Of a stretch of 64,000 bases of DNA, positions 50,596-61,734 are shown piece by piece. Position 1 is the stretch's first letter. Each line of letters opens with the position of its first letter. The position numbers were made by a program, and so were the translations under genes. The stretch is taken from NCBI GenBank assembly GCA_013239625.1, contig MU053810.1, positions 6,296,122 through 6,360,121 on the forward strand. Direction: 5' to 3'. The DNA comes from Lama guanicoe. Taxonomy: Eukaryota. The notes below the pieces were generated by a model, which was given only the letters and a program-made list of their open reading frames with translations, had not been told where the DNA came from and made no database searches.

Positions 50596-53500
50596 GGGAT
50601 TAGGGTTTAGAGACGTGGCAACGCTCTGAAAGCTTTGGAGGTTGAATAGGAAAGGGAATTGAAGGGTCCTCACAGCCTGAAGATGGGCAAGCGCGGAGCG
50701 CCTGAGTGATTTTGAAGGGGAGGGAGCCCAATAGGGATGGATGAGGGGGCGGAGGAGGGAAAAAATGGAAGAGGGAGGGAGCTGAATCGTGAGAGTGCGA
50801 GGCAGACAGCATGCCCGAGCTGGAGCCAGTGTGAGTGGGTGGGAGGCGTGCAGGGGAGCCCCAGGGCAGCGAGAGGCGTGAGTGTGCTGGCAGTCCCTGC
50901 GGGCCCGGGCGCGCTGTCCGGAGGGCTAAGGCAACTGACCGCCTGCCGACCTCGACAGGGGTAGACCAGAGAGACTTTGGCCCGCGGGAAGGGTGGCCGA
51001 GAGAGTCTTAACATTTGTATCTACCGGCGTATTGTTTGAGGTCTGGCTCGGGCTGTGGGGAAGGAGGCGCGTTTCCCGTGCCGCCTTCCTCCAAGAGGGT
51101 GCTGAGGTCACGGTGACCCCAGGAGCCCGGCAGCTGGGCAGGAATCAAGAGCGGTTCGCGAGCCCGGGGAGGCTACGATGGGGGAAGGGCACCTGTGCAC
51201 TGATGGGCTCAATTCAGTTCCTTAGTAGAGCCTAATGCTTGCCTACTGAGCCGCGCAGTCCCCGGGAGCGCACCATTTCTGCTTTTCGGAGTGCGTGCCA
51301 GCCGAACCCACAGTCCAGGTTGTGACTGACGGATGGGGAGAAAGACTGCTGACTGAGGCAATTAAAATCCATGCTGGAACCTATCACCGAGGACCTCAGG
51401 CTGGGCAGAGAAATAAAACGAATGGAAACTTCTTGGAAGAGGGGCTGGGAAGGGCAGCTAGAGCCGCAGGATTGACGGCTGATGGGGTCGGGTCATTTGA
51501 TGACTTCGGCCTGCGGAGGCGGGGAAGGGCCCACTGCGTGTGTCACGAGAATCGCTGTGTGCGTGGGAAGCGTGCACCGAGGTTCCAAATAAGCAATCTG
51601 AGCTTTCCAAGGGCGGAAAGAAGGCATCGCCAGCTGGGCCCGCGTTTTATTGAGCCTCAAATCAATGACCACCTCCTCCCACAAGGGGATTTACATGATG
51701 GGGTGCGGTTGGGGGAGACGGGAGATTCCCTGTGTCTGAGGCAAGGTGGGAAGGGGTTTTTCCTTTTCCTAAGAAAGTCAATATCTCTCCTCTTTTAAAT
51801 TTCCTTTCCCTACACGCTGTTAAACAAAGGGAGGGCGCCTTGAAAATTTGGGGCCGGCTGAGTTTGCATAGCTTTCCCTTGGAGGTCGAGATCAGTGTCT
51901 AGTACACCTTGCAGCTCCTGGGCACGCAGAGAGAGGGTGAGAAGGACCTGGGTGGCAAACGGGGGCGTCTGGCCTCCCGGGGCGGGCACTCCCGGGCGTG
52001 TGCCTTCCCCTTGTGCGAGCGCTTCTCACTTCCACTGTGTTCACAAGTCATTGTTTCTCTGATCTCCGAATCAAGCCACCAAAGCTGCTACTAAAGCAGA
52101 GAGACCCACGGGTCCTCAGTCCTGGCTACCATCTCTCGACTCTTCGTTCAGGAAGGGCGTCTTGGGGCCCGGGGCGGCCGCGTACAAACCCAAGTCCTGT
52201 GCCCCCAGGCACGCATAAGCCAGGTCAGTTATCTCCACAAAGCTTTGTCCTCTTCCCACGTGCCGGAGCCTGGAGGAACCGTGGGATTTGCACAGTGGCC
52301 GCGGACCCGGGCCTGGAAGTAGGGGCGCGGAAGGGCGCTGGCCGAGACCTTGCCGTAGGCTTGACGCGGCGCCGGCTGTGGGGAGAAGTCTGCGCCAGGT
52401 TGCGGCCGCGCGGTGGGCGAGATACCAGGCCGGCGCCCCCGGCTCCAATGCTCCAGTGGATCCAAGTAACAACTCCAGGGGAGCAAGGACTTCGTGGTTC
52501 CGCCGTCTGCGCCGCTAGCAGGGCGGCTCCGCAGCTCTTGCTACAGCCGTGCAGATACGAGTCGGAGAGACCAGTTCTTTGTTTAAATCCACACCAAATT
52601 CTGCAAATATTTCGCTTCAAGCCGGCAGACTGGAGCTGCAGAACTTTTCTGCTCTGGATGAGCAGTCGAAAACAAAAAAGATGCTTTAAAATAAGCGTTT
52701 AAAACACAAAGCCACGAAGAAACGGATTAAAATACAAGAAAAGTAGAAATCACAACACCTGAATTTAACAGAATAATAATAAAAAAAAAGAAACAGTGAG
52801 ATGGCTTAAAATCCTACTCTTTAAACTCCATTAAATCCCTCTACTCTGGAGTATTTTGAATCTAATGGTGGTATTTACATTTTTTATTTAACACAGCGTC
52901 TTCAGATGCATGCGGGATCTGATTTGCCTTTCCTTAAAACCGTCCCTCCCTAGACGGCAATTTGCTTTATAAAGACTTCCATTTCGCAAAAGAGCCCACT
53001 TCCCCCCCGCCCCTCACAAGGGCTTAGGGTTGGAGATAACAAAAGAGCTCTGGGAGGTAATAATTACAGTCATTAGTTCACAAAGGAGGCAGCCACCGAG
53101 TGCGAAGGGGAGGCGGGGGGGGAGCTTTCTAAGGCCCTTCCTCGAATGAGGGAAAAGGGACCCACGCGCGGGGGTGGGGGGAGGGGTGCTGCAGCCAGGG
53201 CGGTTTCCCTGGCTGACCCATTTCTTGTCCGTGGTTTACCCAGATCACATCGCAGGCCTGCCAAAGAAGAATGTCGGGTACGAAATTTCCCTTGTGTCCT
53301 CCCAGTGCTCAAACGTCGAAGGACAAAGAAGAAGAGATGGAAAGAAAGAAGGAAAAAGGAGAGAAAAAAATAAATTCAGGCCACTCTTCTTGCTTCCTCA
53401 TCTTGGGACTCTGCCCGCACTCTGTCTATGGGGTGTGTACCTACTTTTACTCTAGCCTGTGCACCCAACCCCCAAACCTCGTGGCCTTTCTCTTGCCTTC

Positions 53501-54899
53501 TGAAACAGCCTAAACTCTATGCACTAGGTACCTCTCTAAATAAATATACCTTTACTCAAAAAAAAAATTCAAAAGAAAAAAGAAAAATAAAAACATTGCA
53601 ACCTTTCATCCCGAGTTTGCCGTTCTCTTTCCAAGTCCCACTTTAAAAAGAGAGAGAGTGGATTTTAGGGGAGGGGGGCAATTGCTTCTCTACCCATCTG
53701 CAGGCCGGGTTGCCAGGGCACTAGTCTGCAGGGGCTACTCAGGGAGCTGGGACTGAAGGGGATTGAAGGGTCCTGGCAATGAAGCAGAGCTGTTTCTTGC
53801 CCCTAAAGCCTCCTGGTAAGGGGTGCATGGGTGGGTAGCAACGGAGGGAGCCAAGCCAATTAGGGTTACAGTTACTTCTAAACCCCCTACCCCACCCCCT
53901 GGGGTGCAGTGCCCTGCAGGGCTCATTTCTTGGGCGCCTGGGCCAGGCCCAGGCTGCAGCTCGCTATAGATGCACCAGGGGTCTGCACCGCCGAGGTGAC
54001 TCTTTCCCTCTGGTTCTCAATCCCAAGTGGAGGCCGCAGCGTGAACCCAGGTTAAGGAGCAGGACCTGAGCACACTTGGCCTGGGAGCTCAGCCCTGCCA
54101 CAGCGGGAGGTTTCCCCTTGTGCTGGCCCTCTTTGTAAAAGGACGTGGTTGTGCGAGCCATCGCTGGGGACCTTTCGATGTCAACTGTTCGGGTTGGAGA
54201 AAGCCTTACCACCCACTGGGCACGTGGCACAAAAAACAGTTAGCCGGCCACACGGTGCCCTCGAATTTTTCCCCAAGTCTCCTGGCTCAGAGAGGTTAGG
54301 CATGGGAGCCAGAAACACCAGCAGAAGGGACAAAGCCCCATCCCAGCCAGAACCCTTCTCCCAACTCAGTCGTCCATGAAACCACCGCACCGCCTTCCAT
54401 CACCCTCTCCGGGCTGCGTAGACGCAGAGGGTGCCATTTCCATAGAAGAGCTTAACCTGAGTTTTAAAATAAAATGCAGTCAACAGAGGAAAGCAAACGC
54501 TGTTGACCCACCACCCTCCTTTCCATCTTAAACACAACAAACTTCTGAGCAGCAGAGATGGCCCCAAATCTGCAGACTAGGAGAATAAAAAATCTGATAG
54601 TTTAGCTCAGTGGCTGGACCGGAATTTTTATAGGTGGGGCCAAAGGAAGCCACATTGGGAAGATTGTGTGTGTGTGTGACTGACTGTATGTATGAGACTG
54701 TGTGTTCATGTACATGCTGCGTGTTGGGGGATTTGGAGATTTGTGTAGAGTCCACATCTCAAGAACGCGGTTTTAAGTTAGATGGTATATTTGTTTGGGA
54801 TGGCTGGGTGGGGGTGTTGTTCCCTGATGGAGACAGAAGACACCTGTGTGCTGCCACCTGCCACCTGCACAGCTGGACAGCAGGACCACCCCCAAAGCC

Positions 54900-55463
54900 A
54901 TGGACTTCCCAAGGCACTTCCTTTATTTAATAACCTAATGACCAAGGGAAGGGAAAGCGTGAGTTCGGGATGAAGTTCATCTTCAAGGCCCCCCTCCCCT
55001 CCTCCCACCTGGCCTTTGTTTTATTCTCACAGGCTCAGCCCATCTGCGAGGGTCCCTCAGTCCTAGCAAAGCCGTTTCCAAGACAGACGAAATCTTTGAA
55101 GTCGCCGAAAATGAGAGAGACAGGAGGAGTTGGCGAGAGCTCAGGTGCAGTCGGGTCCACGGGAAGAGTCGCAAACAAGTGAACGAGGAGACACAGCGGG
55201 CCAGGGCCAGGAACGTCCAAACTGGCGGGCTGGTGGGAGTGGAGGATGCGGGCGTGAGGAGGCTCGGCGTCAGAAGGGCTCCCAGTTCTCCGTCCTCCGA
55301 GCACCAGAGGCTGGCCAGGGCGCTCGAAAGGCGAACAGAGCGCGCAGCCCCTGCCAATGTCAGGGCCACAGCCCCAGCGCCTCCCGGGGGGCCCCCGCTT
55401 TGGCGCCTGCACGCCCCGCAGTCCCGGGCACGTCCCAACGGCGCTGGCCGCCGAGCAGAGGGG
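54900..55463 (-). other. MYO3A: MYO3A 3' UTR with candidate poly(A) signals at 55020-55025 and 54922-54927
   Basis: Two AATAAA hexamers on the minus strand; a GU-rich tract follows the distal one; the end position is approximate. Confidence 0.65.
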
Positions 55464-55820
55464 CTACACCTGCTGCACAAGGCGGCGGCGCTGGGAGGTT
55501 TTGCGCAGGAGCCTCCTGTAGTCGTAGGGGTTGGCGGGGGGCCCGTTCTCCTCCTCCTCGCCGTTCTCCGCCGCCCCGCACCTGCGGGCGAGAGCCGGGG
55601 CCGAGCGTCAGCGGCGCCATCGGGCACCGCGCCCCCCCGCCCCCCCGGGGTCGGGCTTGCCCTCCTCCCACTCCGCCCGCCAACGGTGGGCGTTTAAGGA
55701 CCGCACACTGAAAACAGCAGGGCAGTAGCCAAACAGGATCAGCGATATCTCCCGCGGTTTTCAAACCCCCTGAGCCAGGAGCAGGAGGGCTGGTGGAACC
55801 CGGTGCCGCTGTGTTAGGGT
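54950..55820. promoter_or_regulatory. CpG island over the MYO3A terminal exon
   Basis: Very dense CpG at 55240-55700 compared with the flanks. Confidence 0.8.
55464..55581 (-). CDS. MYO3A: MYO3A terminal coding exon: (R)[38 protein letters not shown], tail homology domain II
   Basis: Acceptor CTCGCCCGCAG|G with branch-like GCTGAC at 55607-55612; TAG at 55466-55464; [15 protein letters not shown] is the myosin IIIA C-terminal signature; too short for the ORF track. Confidence 0.95.
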
Positions 55821-56189
55821 GACAGCTAAGAAAAGCGTTAGAAAGTATAGTTCAGAAAGGTGAGCTTCGTCTGGGCTGAAATAATTCACAACCAATAAAC
55901 AAACATTCCTTTTAGCACCTTAATTTTGAACATATTTTGACCAAACAGGAAACTCAAGGTGACAATATAGACAACCATTATATTGCAACTGCTCTCCCCG
56001 CTCAATCTGACCAATTGCTCTGTTAGCCTCAACAGCGCACCCTGTCAGCTTTCTCAGTGTTTCAGTGTTTTCAGTGAGGCCGTTGGGCCACCTTCCCGAG
56101 CCCACTGCTCTGAAACCCTGCCAACAGTTACCTTTAGATTCTGCAGCTTTGCTGGGGAAACTGAGGTGCTCCCTAAATGCAGCTACACT

Positions 56190-57750
56190 GATTCATTCGT
56201 TTATTCTTGGGGCACTAAGGATCAGCCGCCAGTGTAAGTGATGGGTGAACACAAGTCCCCGCTTTCGTGGAGTTCACAGCCTTGTGGAGGGAAGGACCAG
56301 TACACTGGGTGGTGGGAGGTGCTCTACAGAGAGGTAAAGCAGGTTCATGGGGAAAGGCTGATGTGGGTGTGCGTATGTGTGTGCAGAAGCAATTTCACAG
56401 AGGGCGATCTGGGAAGCCCTCTCTGGTAAGATGACATCTGATGAGAGACCTGAAGGAAGGGGAGGAGTGAGCCAGGCAGATCTCCTGGGGAGAGGCAGTC
56501 ATTCCAGGTTGACCGGAAAGATGTAAAGGTCCCAAGACTATAGTGTATGTATTGTGTTCATGGAACAGCGAGGGGGCCACTGAGGCTTGAATGGAGTAAA
56601 CCAGGGGGAGAAGAGCAAGGAATGAGAGCAGGGGGGATGCAAGTAAGGCGTGACAGACAACGTAGATCTTTGAGACCAGGGCACAGACTTGACTTTTCCT
56701 TAGAGCGAGAGAGATACTGGAGGGTTCTGAGTGGAGGAATGCTTCCGTGGAAGTTAGGAGACCCGCTATGAGATACTGCCGTGGTGCAAGTCAGCCTGAG
56801 AGTGGCTTGGACGCAGCTTGCAGAGGAGGTTAGAACTGGTCAGATTTTGGACATACTCGGTAGGTAGAATAAATTCCCTGATGGACTGAACGTGCGGTGC
56901 AAAGAAAGGAATCAAGAATGTCTCCAAGGCTTTTACCTTAAACAGGTGGGAAATGAAGCTGCCATTTAACGGGATGAGGAGGCTACGGGAGGAGAATGTT
57001 TTTGGGGAGAATATTTTGGTTTCAGTTTGAGATGCTTACTAGGTATTCAAGAGCAGATACTGAATGGGCAGTTGCATATATAAGTCCTGATCTAGGCTAG
57101 AGATTTCAGCTTGGGAATTTCAGGTAAACTGATGACATTTAAGGTCATGAACGTGTGTGTTGACAATGCAAAGAACTGGGACTCTCCAGTGTTGAGAGGT
57201 CAGTGAAACGAGGAGGAACCAGCAAAGGAGAATGAGAAGCAGCCAGTGAGGGAAGAGGCAAACCAAGAAGACCACTTTCTGTTGGGGACGCTAATGAAGA
57301 AAATGTTGAAAGAAAAAATGTCAAATGCTGCTGTGGGAGAGGTAAAAATTGAGAATAGATCATGGGATATGGTGACCTTGTCAGTGACAGTTTCAATGGA
57401 GTGGTGGGGAATGGAGACTTGAGTCCGGTGGCTCAGGAAAGGACAGGAAGAGAGGACCTGGGGGAGGGAGGATCACGCTCAAGTATTATTACTCTTTTGC
57501 TATAACGAGGAGCAGGAACGCGAGTGGTCTGGAAGTCAAGGTTGACTTCCAGTTTGAGTCAAGGGTACTTTTTATGATGGGTCCAATTGCATGATGTTCA
57601 CAGATTGTCAGAAATGGTTCAGCAAAGAGAGCAAACTTTGAAGATGCAGAAGAGAGAGGGCACAATTGCAGGACAATGTTCCTGTGTAGATGGAGGGACT
57701 AGGATTCAGGGCACAAAGGGAAGGCTTGGCCTCAGCTCGGAGGACAGCCA
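56190..57750 (-). mobile_element. L2 LINE fragment
   Basis: ATTCATTCGTTTATTC end; GAGAGACCTGAAGGAAGG...GAGTGAGCCAGGCAGAT; TCAGATTTTGGACATA; GGAATCAAGAATGTCTCCAAGGCTTTT. Confidence 0.75.
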
Positions 57751-57997
57751 TCCATCTAATCGCTGATTACCTGCCATCAGCTTTTATTCATTCAGATTCA
57801 CGAGACACTCAACTCATCACTGCTGTTGTCTCTGAGTCCCAGACCTGCTCGTAACTTCCTGGTGTACTGACGTCAAATATGTATACAATAATTTATATAT
57901 TTTGCAAGTATCTACTATATGTTTATATGTAATATAAATATATAAAACATGTAATATATTTATTAAATAATACTTTAATAAGATATCTAAAACCTAC

Positions 57998-58119
57998 TTT
58001 TTTGGGGGGGAGGTAATCAAGTTTGTTAGTTTATTTATTTATTTTGATGCATGTACTGGGGATTGAACCCAGGACCTTGTGCATGCCATGCACTCTACCA
58101 CTCAGCTAAACCCTCCCCC
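57998..58119 (-). mobile_element. tRNA-Ala-derived SINE in the last MYO3A intron
   Basis: GTACTGGGGATTGAACCCAGGACC on plus; degenerate TSD GATAT(C/A)TAAAA. Confidence 0.88.
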
Positions 58120-58203
58120 TGATATATAAAATCTTTTTTCTGTAATAAGAGATATAAATTCTTTCTATAATAAGATATATACAAATATTCTTTCTGTAAT
58201 AAC
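58120..58203. repeat. Three degenerate copies of an approximately 25-30 bp AT-rich unit (AGATAT...TTCT(G/A)TAATA)
   Basis: TTTCTGTAATAAGAGATAT / TTTCTATAATAAGATAT / TTTCTGTAATAAC. Confidence 0.6.
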
Positions 58204-58529
58204 ATCTTCCAACATATAGTTTGGCCTCAAGTTTCTCTAATTGTCCCAAAATGTCCTTAGGAACTGTGTTCCTCTTTTATTTTCTATTTTAAAATGCCAA
58301 GATCCTATCAAGATTGACCTACTGCACTTGGCTGTTTTGCCTCTTTAATGTTCCTTAGCAGAGAAAACTCCCGTCTTGGAGCTCCCTTGTCAGCACTGTT
58401 AGATCGGTATACTTTCTCTCTGGAGTCAAGCTCCTAGCGTGTGGATGTAAGGCTAACACCTTGGGCACCACCGCATCAGCATTTCCTCAAGCACCCAGCG
58501 TGGGGCTCTGCATAAGGAGGCAAGAGACA

Positions 58530-58790
58530 GTAATGATTAAGGGTATCAGCTCAAAACTCAAAAAGGCCTGTGTTCAAATTCTGGCTCCATCACTTATTAT
58601 CTGGGTGACTATTTGCAGTATGAAATCTTGCAGACTCAGACTCCTCATCTGTAAAATGGGGGAATGAGAGTAACCACCTCACAGGCGTCTGGGAGGATTA
58701 AGGGAGGTAACAGCGAGGAGAAAGGGCTAACAGCCCAGCCTAGCGAGCCCAGGACACCTGAGCACTCACCAACGCGGGCTGCTAGCATTC
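58530..58790 (+). mobile_element. MIR SINE
   Basis: GTTCAAATTCTGGCTCCATCACTTATTATCTGGGTGAC...CCTCATCTGTAAAATGGGG. Confidence 0.8.
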
Positions 58791-59179
58791 TATCCTAGTG
58801 AACGCTCATTACACATCCAGACACACCACCAGGACACCAGGGACACTGCTTCACAGCAGAGGTGTGTCTGCTGCCGGGAGAGGGGAAGACACGCTGGAGA
58901 GGAGGCGGATTGGGTTGTTAAAATGGGAAGCAGGTAAGTCAGTGAGAAGCAATTTGAGCAGGGAGTGAAAACCTTTGGATTTTAGTTCACTGACTCAATG
59001 GGTGACTTTGGGCCAGTCCCCTTCATCTTTCTGGCACTTGGTATTTTCCCGTATTGAACTCTGTGGTTAGACTAGAGCATCTCTGAGCTCTGACGCATTA
59101 CAGTTCTTCGCCTCAAGATGGGAGAATGCATCTTTTGGAGACCAGTTCAGGGAGGTTCTGGAAAAGCAAATCAAGATGA

Positions 59180-59420
59180 CAATGGCCACCATTTATGGGC
59201 CACCTCCTCGGCGCCATGTCTGGTGTTAAGTGCCCTGCTTTCATCATTTCATTGACTCTCTCTGACAATACAATGAGGCAATTAGTAAATCCTTTTGCAG
59301 ATGTAGAAACAGAAGCTTAGAGAGGTCAAGTACACGAGCAAGGTCACTCAGCTATTAAGTGGCAGAATCAGGATCCAAATCTAAGACTGACTCTGAAGCC
59401 TCTTCTCTGAACCACAGGTC
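59180..59420 (-). mobile_element. MIR SINE
   Basis: TTTTGCAGATGTAGAAACAGAAGCTTAGAGAGGTCAAG...CAAGGTCACTCAGCTATTAAGTGGCAGAATCAGGATCCAAA. Confidence 0.8.
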
Positions 59421-59890
59421 ACACTGTAAAAGAGGTGGGTGAGGGGGTCTGAGTGCCCTGGGCTGACAGGATGTTCGCTTAGGATTTTGGAAAAATAGCT
59501 CTTCATGGCCTGGCATTGCTCTCCTTTCTCATACACCACATTTCTATCTTATTATGTGCTCTCAATTTCAAAACTTTACAAAGAACTTTTGGGGAAAGAA
59601 AAAAAAAACTTCCCAAAGTAGTAAGTAAGCTACAAATAATTTAAGTTAGTTAAATGTCAAACAAAGTTGGTGGCAAAGTGAGAATCAAATCCAAAATACA
59701 CATTTCTGTATGAATCTTTCTCCCAAATATTTCTTGGGTCTGACATTACGGATTCTGAGAAGTTACGCAGCATAACTGAGAAACCAATAAGTAAGTAAAA
59801 TCACGTTAAGAGCGGAAACACAGGTTTTGGATGTTATTATTATTATTTTTTGGTTTTGGATATTATTAAAGACAGAAATTACTTCTAATT

Positions 59891-60016
59891 ATTATGACTA
59901 TATAATTTATCGTCCAAACTGGGGTACTTTTAAAACAGGAAGCTATTAATGATAACATCAAGGAAACAGGTAAAAACTGGGATTGTGCTAGAAAATTTGG
60001 GATGCCTGGTTACCCT
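59891..60016 (-). mobile_element. MER94-like hAT MITE
   Basis: TGACTATATAATTTATCGTCCAAACTGGG...GCTATTAATGATAAC...GGTTACCCT. Confidence 0.72.
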
Positions 60017-60178
60017 GCAATAATCCTTATGATTTTACTTTTAAGCAACATATCAACCATAAAATGCAGTATTCAGTGAGAGTGCTTTGCCATTTGTCCA
60101 TATATAAAGTGAAAGTACTTTAGAAATGCAATGATGAGTATAACATCGACACTGCTGTACGGTGATGTAAGCTATTAC

Positions 60179-60322
60179 CTTTCATCAGCCTTAAAACATT
60201 GATTCCGGGGTTCTCTCTGTGGTCTCCATTCTCTTAAACCAGGGCTGCCTTCCTTTGGTCCAGGATGACTGGGCAAAAATTCCTTATAATAGTAATCTTC
60301 CAAATCTAATAATTTTCCCTGA
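60179..60322 (-). CDS. MYO3A: MYO3A penultimate exon (144 nt): [49 protein letters not shown]
   Basis: Acceptor TTTGCAG|T, donor AG|GTAATA; ORF 60175..60357; resembles human [18 protein letters not shown]. Confidence 0.95.
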
Positions 60323-61693
60323 CTGCAAACGAACACAGAAACACAGCATAGTGTCAAGCTAATTTTCTACTCATTTAAACTTACAAGATTACCTGTTTTC
60401 TTCGTTTGCAATAATTAAAGAGTAATACTTGCGTGTCAATAGAGATGAGAAAAGTCTTGAAATGTGCAAAAACAGAATATACCATAAATTAAAAAGAAAA
60501 ACAGTGCCCTCACCTCTCACGTTTCAGAGAGCATCGGCTGCTGGAGCAGCGCTTCCTAGGGCTACCACATTCAGCTTGGCACGAAACTAGTAGTTCCCAG
60601 ATGGCCAGTCGTGACAATGCTCCAGTTCGGGCTGTCTACGTCAGGGGTCACAAGTGACCCTTGGGCCACTATGAAGAAAGCTGACCTGTATGTACTAACG
60701 CAAGTATTTCACAACTTAATCCATTCTCAGCCCACTGATGCGCACTGAGTGTCCTGACCACCCCTCACCGACTTCCTTCACAGGCGACCCCTGTCCTTTC
60801 CTACCAGCTGGTCTTCAGGGGATTCGCTTCTGTGCTAGATTTTAATTGCTGCACGTGACACACGCACAGGGGTGTGTCTGCAACCATGTGCATTCTCGGA
60901 CCAACTCAGACTAGACTTCTGGTTCCCGTGGGGCTTGGTCTCTGCAGTCTGATGGGCGTCATCTCAGGGGCACAGGTATAGGTCTGGAAAACTGTCGGGT
61001 GTTACAGGGCTTCTGGGGAAACGTGCTTTTCAAGTTAACGGATACCAATTTGTAAATGAACTTTCAGAATGCCACCGATTCATAAATTGGGAACTCTGTG
61101 TCTGCTCACGCTGAATAGCAGAAACCTCTGTTGTTTTGGGCACTGTCTGGAAATCAGTTGATTGAAATGGTGGTGTAAGATTAACAGAGCCAAGCAGAGG
61201 TGGGCTGAAATATTACGGCAAAAGGGGAAGAGTGGAAATTTAAGTGTGCCACACCTGCAGGTAACATAAACCTTATCTTCCTAGCAAATCCATGAACACT
61301 AGAAAAAGTGAGATTTAGCTTGTGTTGAAGAACAAGAGAGTACAGAGGAGTTTGGGGAAAGAAAGGCCATGAACACGGGCATGTTCAGTTTGCCCAATCA
61401 AAACTGTACCAATGGGACAAGAAAAGAAAATTCTGTATTGGATGGTACAATTCATTCAAAACTGTTTGGGTTCTCAGTATACACCTTGGACTATGTTAGC
61501 TCAGTATACTTCCAATAGGCAAGATCTTATAAATTACATATAAACCATGTATTTATAATATCAATATATTGAGAGTACACTACTTTCCAAATCTAGCCAT
61601 ATAAAATAGGTGCTTCTTAATCCTAATTTGAACACATGGATTTGCATTTTGGCTCGATAAGATGACATAATAAAATTTAGAAATAATAACTAC

Positions 61694-61734
61694 CTGTCTT
61701 TCCTTGGTCTTCGTTTTTCTTCTTGGATTGACTT
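61694..61734 (-). CDS. MYO3A: MYO3A third-to-last coding exon (41 nt): KSIQEEKRRPRKD(S)
   Basis: Acceptor CCCTTTAG|AAG, donor AG|GTAG; matches the myosin IIIA tail; phase fits the next exon. Confidence 0.93.

Larger units (their letters stand above)
48600..52620. promoter_or_regulatory. GAD2 promoter CpG island spanning exons 1-3 and upstream sequence
   Basis: High GC and dense CpG by eye, GC-box-like motifs, no obvious TATA near the ATG; boundaries approximate. Confidence 0.85.

Noticed and set aside
50345..50602. Open frame continuing 85 codons upstream of the GAD2 ATG (GTG at 50512, TAA at 50602-50600)
   Set aside because: No upstream ATG, low-complexity CA-repeat codons, and such a frame is expected in a GC-rich leader; it would need ribosome profiling
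51295..52702. Plus-strand ORFs of 167 and 234 aa upstream of GAD2
   Set aside because: Non-ATG starts, no recognisable domain and GC-rich context; a divergent non-coding transcript cannot be excluded but has no support here
54983..55764. Long overlapping ORFs of 125-214 aa on both strands
   Set aside because: These reflect stop-poor CpG-island sequence; the real coding frame is the short MYO3A terminal exon
57868..57875. Full CRE palindrome TGACGTCA
   Set aside because: An isolated 8-mer about 7.5 kb from the GAD2 ATG amid repeats; roughly chance expectation in 64 kb
60590..61100. Possible ancient Tigger-type element
   Set aside because: Only faint terminal similarity; too degenerate to call by eye
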